NCBI GenBank assembly: GCA_951406725.2
Contig: OX597817.1
Location: forward strand, 97,650,001-97,714,000
Direction: 5' to 3'
Length of the DNA: 64,000 nt
From: Octopus vulgaris
Taxonomy: Eukaryota
Position 1 is the stretch's first letter. Every line of letters begins with the position of its first letter. A program made the translations under genes and the position numbers. Below the pieces are notes generated by a model. It saw nothing but the letters and a program-made list of their open reading frames with translations. It searched no databases and was not told where the DNA came from. Below, piece by piece: positions 13,649-24,523 of this stretch.

Positions 13649-14562
13649 CCGTCGCCATCGTCGTCATCATTATTATGACTGCGATAGCGTAAAGTCACGG
13701 AAATTTGGTGCTCCATAAGTTGAAAACGTGTTTGTAATCTTTTCAACCTTCTAAGGCCCTGTGTTTTCATTTTATTGTTACCATTGCATTTCTGAGATTG
13801 TCTGGACTACGCAGATAGTATCTTTGTGTAGAAATACCCCCTGCTTTGCAGGGGATGCACATAAATATTTTTTGAATCTTAACAACTTTTGAAAAAAATA
13901 ATATTTTGCTGTTTTGATTATTCAATTAAAGATGGCTGATAAAGAAGCTATCATAATGTTCGACAACAACGCATTCCATGTAAAAAAAAAAAAAAATTGA
14001 GAACAAAGATATAGAATGGCCTACACTTAATGACATCACTGAGGTGAATAATGTTTTGTCTCTCAGCAACGTCAAAACTACTAGTGTCATCGTCTACGAA
14101 TCCAATGCTACCGCCAACATGAAAGAAATGAAACATAAAAACAGGAATATTGCCTCTACTTCTTTTGCGTTTGTGGCAAGAAATATGGAAGATTTCTGCC
14201 TAGATGAAGAAGATTTTAAAATGGCAAGGAAAATTGTAAAAAGGAATGGGAGAAGGGTAGCTCTAAACCCCCCATCTGATGTGATAGAAAGTATCTTAAG
14301 ATGTACGGTCACATACTGTTGCATCGGAGTTAAGTCACACCAGGTGGAAAATGCCACCTGCAACAATTTCTAGAGGGTGAATGTGTGTGGGCTTTGTTTG
14401 TGAGACATGCCTTTTCACAATTCGCCTTCTTCACAGACCTGCAGTGCTGGGTAAAGGATAGGCTGAGACTGGGCACCCAGCACTTAGAATGTCATCAGGT
14501 CCTCCACAAGTCAAGCAACAGGAGTGGTGGATGTTCCATTTTAGCTAAATACAGAGGATTAT

Positions 14563-15965
14563 TATCATCATCACCATCGTTTAGAGTCCGCTTTCCATGC
14601 TAGCATGGGTTGGACGGTGCAACTGGGGTCTGGGAAGCCAGAAGGCTGCACCAGGCCCAGTCTGATCTGGCAATGTTTCTACAGCTGGATGCCCTTCCTA
14701 ACGCCAACCACTCCATGAATGTAGTGGGTACTTTTTACGTGCCACCGGCACAGGTGCCAGATGAGGCTGGCAAACGGCCACGATCGGATGGTGCTTTTTA
14801 CGTGCCACCGGCATGGAGGCCAGGCAAACGGCCAAGATCGGATGGTGCTTTTTACGTGCCACTGGCATGGAGGCCAGGTGAGGCTGGCAACGGCCACGAT
14901 CGGATGGTGCTTTTTACGTGCCACCGACACAGAAGCCAGTCGGGGCGGCGCTGGCAACGGCCACGTTCGGATGGTTCTCTTATGTGCCACCAGTACTGGT
15001 ATCACAGCTACAATTTCCATTCATGTTGATCGATTTTGATTTTTGATTTTGATTTTCACAAGTAGAGTTTTGTGTCCCAAGAAGGAAAGGTATGCATCAG
15101 TGGACTGAGGCCATGGGTTATGGTCTCACTTGTCCTGCCGGGTCTTCTCACGCACAGCATACTTTCAAAGATCTCTGTCTCTAGTCATTTCCTCAGTGAG
15201 ACCTAAAGTACGAAGGTTGTGCTTCACCACCTCATCCCAGGTTTTCCTGGGTCTGCCTCTTCCACAGGTTCCCTCAACAGCTAGGGTGTGGCACTTTTTC
15301 ACACAACTATCTTCATCCATTCTCGCCACATGGCCATACCAGCGCAAATGTCTCTCTTGCACACCGCAACTGATGCTTCTTAGGTCCGACTTCTCTCTCA
15401 AGGTACTTACACTCTGTCGAGCATGAACACTGACATTATACATCCATCGGAGCATACTGGCTTCATTTCTTGCGAGCTTACGCATATCCTCAGCAGTCAC
15501 GGCCCATGTTTCACTGCCATGTAGCATGGCTGTTCATACACATGCATCATACAGTCTGCCTTTTACTCTGAGTGAGAGGCCTTTTGTCACCAGCAGAGGT
15601 AAGAGCTCTCTGAACTTTGCCCAAGCTATTCTTACTCTAGCAGTTACACTTTCAACACACCCGCCCCCGCTACTGACTTGGTCACCTAGGTAACGGAAAC
15701 TATCAACTATTTCTAGTTTTTCTCCCTGGAATGTGGCGGAAGTTGCTCTCTGCGCATTTTCAGTGTTTATTGCTCCTGAGCATCTGCCACATACAAAAAC
15801 TATCTTCCTAGTTAGCCTTCCTTTGACGTTGCTGCACCTCTTATGTGTCCATAGCTTACACTTGGTGCATCTTATGGTGCATCTTATAGAGTTTCTACCT
15901 ACGCCTTTCCTACAGATCGAGCAAGGCCATCTACCTGAAGGCGTTTGTGACTTGTCTACCTTCGG
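14563..15965 (-). mobile_element. 5'-truncated RTE-clade LINE (PHD insert, RT thumb, repeat-rich 3'UTR, (GAT)n tail)
   Basis: ORFs 15534-16001 and 15165-15527: 'FRYLG..ARVRIAWAKFREL..KGRLYDACV', 'MLHGSETW', 'RLRWYGHVARM', 'GRGRPRKTW'. Tail at 14563. Confidence 0.9.
14730..14995. repeat. Tandem ~50-60 bp units in the RTE 3'UTR
   Basis: About 4-5 copies of caacggccacgatcggatggtgctttttacgtgccaccggca. Confidence 0.9.
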
Positions 15966-16851
15966 AAAGTGTGACAACTTCCTTGGGGAAACCCTAGGCA
16001 TCGACGAAGATGAACTGACAAGTCTATTCCAGAGGACTTCCCAGTTAGGGACTGTTATGGATAATTTCCAGATGTCTTTGGTCTGGCAGTGCTACCGGGG
16101 TGTGCTACTGGTTCAAGATAAACTCTACAGGCTAGATGGGTTTGTCTGAGGTGATTGCAGAGTGACAAAACCATTCTGCATGCACTCGTTCAGTGTCTGA
16201 GCATTGTTGACTTGTGGAGTTATGTTGAACAGATGCTATTGCATGTGGGATGGATCCATCTGTCAGTCCATAATGATGATTTCTCCACCGCCCTCCTTTA
16301 ATCAAGCAGGAAAGGCAGTTTTCCTTTGTTCGGTAGCAGTGGTGAAAGAGGTTGTCTGATGGACGAGGCTGAAAGGAATGAGGACAGAAACATTCCTCTT
16401 TAGTAAAGCCCTCAACTTTTTCAAGTTTCACTTAAAAAGGAAAGTGAGGGTGGAGAGAGAGGTGTTGTCTTCAAGTTAATTTATCAAAAGGTAGGTAAAA
16501 GTTGTGAAAATGGCAAGAGTGGATGGTACCACTCTCAGTGTAGACCTGTGAGTCAGAAGAAAGGAGTTAGAGAAAGTACTCGTCCTTGGTATTCAGGGTG
16601 ACCTTGGACAGTGGGGTTCCTCGATTACCTTTGGAGGTCCTCCTGTATCAGGGGGATCCTATCACTTTCTCTTTTTCCCACACCTCTTCTTCTAGTGTTG
16701 TATACTATATATACTTCCCTTCATCTGATACATACCGTGTATACCTTATTTTTTATCATTCCGTCATATGTAAACCCCCACACTTTATGTCTGTCTTTGT
16801 ATTGTCACCCTTATCCCCTTGGTGGCAAATAAAAGAAATCATTATTATTAA

Positions 16852-17035
16852 GCTGGTGAGCAGGCAGAATTGTGAACATCAGACAAAATACCTACGACTT
16901 ATTCTCTGAGTTCAAACTATCATGGTCAATTTTACCTTTTATCCTTCTAGGATCAATAAAATAAAGTACTAGTCAAATACTAGGGTCATGATATCAACTA
17001 ATCCCTTTCCCTCAAAAACTGCTAGCCTTTTGCCA
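16852..17035 (+). mobile_element. SINE family B, diverged
   Basis: gctggtgagcaggcagaattg..ctgagttcaaact..tttatcctt..aagtactagt. Confidence 0.65.
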
Positions 17036-17419
17036 AAAGTATTACTATTATTTCAGTTATGCACAAGGTTAGACTGTTGGAAAAAATTCCTAACATTGGT
17101 CTACAACAAGTAACCTTAGATAAGAACCTTCCTAAGTATCCTAGCTGTCCCTAATATTACTGTTTTCTAAAACTGTACTAAACTAGGTTTTATGCCTATT
17201 TCCTCTATCCACCAGTTCAAATCTTTAGGAATAGCTCCTAATGCACCTATTTTACAGGGATACATTTTAGCCACACTTTTCATGGTTGTTGTAACTCAAT
17301 GGTTCAGTCCTGGTGCTTTGCTATTTTCTCTATATTATCTCTCATATTGACTTTTTTCATCATTTGGGACTATAAAGTCAATTACCTGGCACTTTCTATT
17401 TTCTTTGTCTACAGCTATA

Positions 17420-17583
17420 GGTGCAGGCATGGCTGTGTGGTAAGAAGCTTGCTTCCCAACCAAATGGTTCTGGGTTCAGTGCCACTGCATGGCATGTTGG
17501 GCAAGTGTTTTCTGTTATAACCTTGGGCTAACCGAGGCCTTGTAAGTGGATTTGGTAGGCGGAAACCAAGAGAAGCCCATCAT
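17420..17583 (+). mobile_element. SINE family A head
   Basis: ggtgcaggcatggctgtgtggtaagaagcttgc..gggttcagt..ttgggcaagtg. Confidence 0.85.
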
Positions 17584-17592
17584 ATATATATA

Positions 17593-18986
17593 ATTTAGAG
17601 ACAAATCGCTATTTAGTTATTCCAGTAATAGTGAAAAGATATTATCTATAATAACCACATAGAAATTAATTAAATACCTTATAATTATTATTCTAAAAAT
17701 CTCATAACAAATCAAACATTAATGATAATAATAAATATAATAAATAAAAGTAATGTTAACAATAAGAATTAAATTTGGTTAATTATTCCTTATGGGGTTA
17801 AAACAAACATTATTAAAGAGATATTAAAATTAATTGAATTATTTATTGTAGATAATAAAAAATATAATATTTTTTCTAGTAATAATTTTGGAGTTGGTTA
17901 TTCTACTACTAATAATGTTGGTAACATTATTTTATCTTTTAATAGTTTTAAGCTGAATAAGTTTTATATTAAAAAATTATATAATAATTCCAATAATACT
18001 AGTGACCAGAATTTAATTAATTGTACGGGTAGAGATAAGATGAAATGTAAATTTAAAAATAAATGTAACTTGGCTGATGTAGTATATAAATATTAATATT
18101 AATTAATAGGAATAGTTACAATATAAATGCGAAATACGTGGGGTCGATGTCTAATAAAATTACATTATGGGTGGCCCAACACATGCACCATTTAAGAATA
18201 AAACATTGATTAATTCTACAGGCCTTAGCAAATATATATGGAAATTAAAATCTAAAGGAATTAAGTATAATTTGAAATGGGAGATAGTTTGTAAAGCTAA
18301 ATCTTATCAAATAGGTAATAACTTTTGTTTACTATGTACAAATGAATTTATGGAGATATTAAGATCTAAAAAACAATTGATTAATTCCCAAGATGAGAAG
18401 AAAATTAAATGTAGACATAAGTCGAATTATTTATATAAGTTTAGATAATTTGTGAATATATATATAACCTGATTTATGTTATTAATTTATGTAGTTATAT
18501 TATGCAGTATTATAATTAGTATAAATAAGTTGTAGGTTATGTAGTGTATGAGCATAACTAGAATAAGTTTTAAACCAAAGGATTAATAAAAATAATTGAA
18601 GAATATATATTAATTTATGGACATTTAATTAATTTTATATTTCTATATATAAAGTCATAGTTTTAAATTATTGAGAATTTAGATTTTTTCCCTGTAAATT
18701 GTAGTCTTACATGATGTTTATTTGATTATTTTTATTTTTTATCATTAAATACATATATCTATTCATTTATTTATTGTATATTTATTGTTTATGTCATGTT
18801 TAATGAGATAGGTTTTTTGACAATGCTAGATTGTAAGTTTAAAGTTTAAAATTTTTTTTAACTGGTTTTCATCAAGATTAATAGCAGTGCATCAGCATGG
18901 CCGCAGCTCTGAGCTGAAACTTAAAAAAAAAAAGGATAAGTCATGTTTTCGCTTTACATTAATATTGTTTGAATTATTGACTGTTA

Positions 18987-19028
<42 letters not shown>

Positions 19029-19453
19029 ATCTTCAGGGAGGCTGATCTCCCTTTGCAGGCTGGCAAGGACACCGAGATGGTGTCAGCCCTTCTGGTGATG
19101 TTGATGATCGCCTGGGGCTAAATGCATCAGTAACACCCCCACTACCCCGCCCTATCCCTAGCCACATTCAGATGGCTGATCCCCATTATGTTCTATATTT
19201 ATTGTTTTATTATAATATCTAAATTTATTTATGTTATTTTTTTTACCTGAAGAGTGGCTAAATATTTTAAAATTGAATTAATATTAAATTTTAATATTAT
19301 CAATTTATATATTTAGTCATGAAACGCACATAGTCAATTTAATAGGTTTTTAGAATAATGATTATAAGATATTTAATTAATTTCTATGTGGTTATTATAG
19401 ATAATATCTTTTCACTATTGATGGAATAACTAAATAGCAGTTTGTCTCTAAAT
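17593..19453 (+). mobile_element. 5'-truncated AT-rich Penelope-like element (probably Naiad type) with inverted terminal repeat
   Basis: GIY-YIG remnant 'CNLADVVYK..YVG..STGLSKYIWKLK..WEI..CLLC..LIN..KCRH' (18000-18448). ~110 bp inverted arms at 17593-17705 and 19343-19453. Confidence 0.85.
19241..19348 (+). ncRNA. Hammerhead ribozyme motif (PLE type, long stem II, degraded stem I)
   Basis: CTGAAGA - GTGGCTAAATAT...ATATTTAGTCAT - GAAAC gcacata GTC. Confidence 0.6.
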
Positions 19454-20894
19454 GATATATATATATAACCTGATTTATGTTATTAATTTATTAGTTCATC
19501 TAGTAATATTATGTAGTCGAATTATTTATATAATAAGTTTAGATAATTTGTGAATATATATATAACCTGATTTATGTAGTTATATTATGCAGTATTATAA
19601 TGAGTATAAATTAGTTGTAGGTTATGTAGTGTATGAGCATAACTAGAATAAGTTTTAAACCAAAGGATTAATAAAAATAATTGAAGAATATATATTAATA
19701 TTATATATATTTATTCACAAATTATCTAAATATAAATTAAATGAACTACTAAATCATGCCTTCTAGTTTCTATTACTAAGTCTGAGTGCTAAAATCTCAC
19801 ATTTTATATTTCTTACTTTCTCGCACTTTACTAAGTTCATGTTCACATCATTTACCGATATGGTCAAATCCTAGTTTTCTACATAACTCCTAATGGATTA
19901 TTCTCCCATGTTGTCATGTCTTGTATTCCTTTTATGCCATCATACTACATTCATTAACTAAATGAGTAACACTTTATTCCTTTGATTTACATAACCTACA
20001 TTGGGAATCTACCTGATTTTTGTATATCTTAGCTTTCCTCCAGTTAGTCCCAAATCTTGTGCTGTTGCTAACAAACTTTCTGTCCCCCCTTTCTGCAACT
20101 ACAACCATGTCTCACTATTACTATTTTGCCAGTCACATATCTTACTTCTTTTTACTGTTTTTTAACTACATTTGGCTTTTTGATTTCTCTATCTCCTCAT
20201 GCTACATTAGCAGCTCTTAATACAATTTCCTCATTATTACTTATATAGGAGGTTATATCTACTCTAGCTAACTCCACACTGTCATCTACTGATATTAAAT
20301 CTCTACCACCTTCTTTTCTAGGTAAGTACACACTTGCTACTCCTGCTCCAAGATGAAGTCCTCATATTGAATTCCTTCCTAGTTCTGTCTAGATTTGCTA
20401 ATTCAGATTTTATCCAATCTACAAAAGCTGTTGAATATCTAAAATAACAATACTACCCAAGTATTTACAGCCCTCACTAGAATCAGACCATTTAGTTTTT
20501 ACTTCATTTACTTTCTCACCCTTCTAATGTACTCCTCAACTTTCTCTTTCATTTCTATAGTTAGTACTGTCAGCTAATGCTCTTAAATATTTATAACCTT
20601 TTTCTTCCTTCAGTGATTTTAATGCTTGGCCATCTGGTAACTGAATGCCTTCACTGCTGACTATCTGTCCCTTTTTTATTACTAATATTGCACACTTAAA
20701 GCCAAATTCCATACCTATATCTTTGCTGAACTTTGTATGAAAGAATCTCTCTTTTTTTTTATTTTTACTAAAATGCTTCATATTATCCATGTAGAGCAAA
20801 AGGTTAATTATTTCCTTACTATCTCTAAACCGATGCTGTGTATTTGCCTTTCTTAATACTAAACTGAGTGGGGCTTTCTTATAATCTATCCATG

Positions 20895-22152
20895 CATCAT
20901 CATCGTTTAACGTCTGTTTTCTATGCTGGCATGGGCTGAACAGTTCGACTGGGGTCTGGGAAGCCAGGAGGCTGCACCAGACTCCAGTTTGATCTGGCAG
21001 TGTTTCTACAGCTTTCTAATGCCAACCATTCCAAGAGTGTAGTGGGTGCTTTTTTATGTACCACCAGCACAGGGGCCAGAGGGGGCTTGCATCAACCACA
21101 ATTGGATGGTGTTTATTACATGCCGCCAACACGGGAGCCAGTCAAGGTGGCACTCACTGTTAAATTTTTCTTCCTAGATTTCACTTCTTTTAGAACTGCT
21201 TTGTCTATGTAGGCTCGCAAGGAATGAAGCCAGTATGCTCCCATGGATGTGTAATGTCAGTGTACATAGTTGACAGAGTGTTAGTGCCTTGAGAGAAAAG
21301 TTGGACCTAAGAAGCATCAGATGTGGTGTGCAAGAGAGACGACTGCGCTGGTATGGCCATGTGGTGAGAATGGATGTAGATAGCTGTATGAAAAAGTGCC
21401 ACACCCTAGCAGTGTGGCACTACCTGTGGAAGAGGTAGACCCAGGAAGACCTGGGATTAGGTGGTGAAGCATGACCTTCGAACATTGGGCCTCACTGAGG
21501 CAATGACTAGTGACTGAGAACTTTGGAAATATGCTGTACTTGAGAAGACTCAGCAAGCTCAAGTGAGACCATAACCTCGTGGCCTATGCCAGGGGTGTAA
21601 CCAGCCCACTTATGCGTACCTTTCCTTGATTGGACACTAAGCTCTGCTTGTGAAGACCTGTTGAGGCAAGTGAAATCAAAATCAAATTTGATGACTGGCA
21701 TCCGTGCTAGTGGAGCACTAAGAGTACCATACAAGCGTGATTGTTGCCAGAGCAACAAGCTGGCCTTCGTGCCGATGGCATGTAAAAAATACCATTCGAG
21801 CATGATTGTTACTTGTGTCACCTTACCAGCACTTGTGCTGGTGGCACTTGAAAAAACATTCGTGCGAAGTCGTTGCCAGTGCCACTGGACTGGCTCCTGT
21901 GCAGGTGGCACATAAAAAGCACCATTTGAGTGTGGCTGTTGCCAGTACTACCTGACTGGCCCTCATGCCGGTGGCACGTAAAAGGACCCACTACACTCTC
22001 GGAGTAGTTGGCGTTAGGAAGGGCATCCAGCTGTAGAAACTCTGCCAGATCAGATTGGAGTCTGGTGCAGCCATCTGGTTCGCCAGACCTCAGTCAAATC
22101 GTTCAACCCATGCTAGTATGGAAAGCAAACATTAAACAATGATGATGATGAT
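20895..22152. mobile_element. Two RTE 3' ends arranged head-to-head (minus 20895-21160, plus 21210-22152)
   Basis: (CAT)n tail at the left end and (GAT)n tail at the right end; both carry the RTE 3'UTR. The plus piece also has 'RLRWYGHVVRM'. Confidence 0.85.
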
Positions 22153-22899
22153 GTTCCTCTAGCCTTCTTCCTGCAACCTTTCTGTTCTTCTGGAAGTAAA
22201 TTCTAGCTGTCAAGGTGCCCATAAATGCTTTCTGAGAACATTCCTGTTAACAACTTCCTCACTAATGGTAAGCAAGTAACTGGTGTATATTGCCCTTGCT
22301 TTTGTCTTTCATAGTGTTGTTCTCCTTCGAGTCATCCAATTAGGTATGCCTCTTCCATTTAGGCAATCCTGAAGCTGTTCCCTCAGTCTCTCATTTCTTT
22401 AACCAATACCCTTGAACTAAATCTGGTCCTGGGCCCTTCCAATTCAGCATTCTTCCTAACACTTTACTCATTAATGCACTAGTTAGCTTTAGATCTGGCT
22501 GCTTCTCACTAACTACTTTACTCCTCACTTTCTTTAACCATGCTGTACCCTCGTGATTAACTGGCTTATCCCAAATATCACTCCAGAACTTTCTAGCTTC
22601 TACATTAGGCATGAAAAACATATCGCAATGTGAATTAATTTTCCTACTGATTTTCATATAATTAAGTAATAATGTGCTCTGACAGATTTTTTTTCAAAAC
22701 AACAAAATAGAACAAGCTTTACAACCCCTTTTATGCACGAAAACCACTTCTAAAAACACACAGTACAAGTATACATAAAAACATTTGAAGAGAAATACAT
22801 TAGGGAATGAATAAGAATCATATCATAATAGGATGTGTTCTTACCATAAATGTTGGCTACTGTGTGAGGAATAGTGGTGGTAGTGGAATGAGAGTTACT

Positions 22900-24380
22900 G
22901 GATGGGTGAAAGAACACTATCTTCTGTCTTACATTTCATCATCATCGACTTAAAGGGTGAAGAACTTAAGAATTGTTTGATGTTTATAGCACATCATCTA
23001 TTTGTAGAGCTTGATGTAGGAACTGAGCTCATTGTAAACTCCTCTTGTAGTTTTTATACTATGTTCAGGATTAGGGTTGTTATTAGCAAAAACTTGCAGC
23101 CATTCCTCTATAAATGCCAAACCTTTAGCAATATTTTTTGCAGTCAATTTAAGTGGAGTAGGCGGAAATTGTGTACTCTCAGCTTGCTCTTGTTCTAACA
23201 GCATCAATTCCTCATTAATAAACTTCCTCAATAGAACACAAGCCACTTCACTACACCCTCCTATAGAACTCCTTCAAACCATACATCATTTGTAAATGTC
23301 ATATCTTTCCAAATGTAATGTAGATTTTAAGCTTATGGAACACTTATAAAGTCATGGATAAAGACTGGCAATATATTTTCCCAAGCACCATTAAAAAGTT
23401 GAAGATTTCACTTCATTCTATGACTCAGCTATGTTATCGACAACATTCATCATGTTGAACTTCTAGAAATCTCTAATTGTAGGTTTACTTTCCTTATCAT
23501 CTCCATCCATATATTGTTCGAAAGTTTTTCTCACATAATATGCCTTGAAGTAAGCTATCACACCTTGATTCATAGGCTGAAGCAAAGAGGTATTCCTGAG
23601 GATACACTCTACTCTCACAATTATCCAGAAAGTTCATTTAAGTTCCCAATATGCTGTTAAAGCTTAGTTGAAAATGTCTGGCTGTACCTTTCTATAAAAG
23701 GACAAAAAATATTTGTAAACCACTCTTTAAAAAGGCTCTTAGTCATCAATGCCATTGTATTTGAATGTAACATAAGAAGCAAATTAAACTTTGCCTGACC
23801 CATAAAAGCCCTTGGATTCTGGGAGTGATATACAAGGAGGGATGGGGGCTTTAATATTCTAGCAGTAGCAGTATTGCCTCCCAGAAGCATGAGATAATTA
23901 TTGGAAGCTATAAATTTCAGTGCTGATTTTTCTTCAAGAAATCTCGCAGGCATGAGTTCCTAGAAAAGCATAGTTTCTCCAACATTGTACACTGTATCAA
24001 ACTGACAGCACATCTTAAACATTTCCTAACAGCATTTTTTCACTATTATTTTTTTTAAGAAATAAATAAACTTATTGCAGATTGTGTCTATTCTGGTTCT
24101 CCTTCCATATACCACAAGAGTTGTCCTATTTTAAGCACCTATGAAAAAAATAAGGCCTGAGTCTATGAAAAAAAAAATCATGTCTGAGAAATTAACAGAG
24201 TAACTTCTTGAACGTTTGATCTAATTTCTCCACTGTTGTCACATATTGTTCCCACTGCAGTCATTAAAAGACTCAATGTTTTGACAATAAGGTTGATTTG
24301 TTTTCTCTCCTGCATTAAACCCTTTTAAAACATCAAGTTTAATATCCAGTGTAATCCTTTTACAATTCCTTTTTGCCTTG
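22900..24380 (-). mobile_element. Decayed Tigger/pogo transposon (DDE_1)
   Basis: 'LLGGN..LKP..LLVYHSQNPRAF..SN..ALMTKSLFKEWF..FCP' (23657-23953), 'TSLLQPMNQGVIA' (~23555-23595), and a Tigger-like C-terminus (22998-23246). Confidence 0.8.
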
Positions 24381-24385
24381 CGTGT

Positions 24386-24523
24386 TTGGCGTTAGGAAGA
24401 GCATCCAGCCATAGAAACCATGCCAAATCAGACTGGTGTCTGGTGCAGCCTTCCAACTTGCCAGCCCTAGTCAAACTGTCCAAACTGCCAGCATGGACAA
24501 CAGATGCTAAATGATGATGACGA
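24386..24523 (+). mobile_element. Isolated RTE-type 3' tail (similar copies at 40091-40271, 41690-41845, 42595-42945, 56690-56968)
   Basis: ttggcgttaggaagagcatccagc..ccagcatgga..taaatgatgatga. Confidence 0.8.

Larger units (their letters stand above)
17050..22620 (-). mobile_element. Fragmented R4/Dong-like non-LTR element split by later insertions
   Basis: Colinear pieces: 22155-22620 ('WKGPGPDLVQGYWLKK', RT start), 19755-20880 ('LLYMDN.K.F..FSKDIGMEFG.KCA', 'YKYL'), 17050-17420 (RLE 'AVDKENRKCQVIDF'). Gaps are filled by an RTE, a PLE and a SINE. Confidence 0.8.

Noticed and set aside
14730-14995. Repeat-spacer pattern resembling a CRISPR array
   Set aside because: Eukaryotic context, spacers similar to each other, located in a LINE 3'UTR, and no cas genes.
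15966-16800. Moderately GC-rich stretch with short Cys/His-containing ORFs
   Set aside because: No consistent frame or recognisable domain; likely an unidentified decayed element.
18000-18448. Selenocysteine recoding as reported for some Naiad PLEs
   Set aside because: The Cys positions I could read use TGT rather than TGA, and no convincing SECIS was found.
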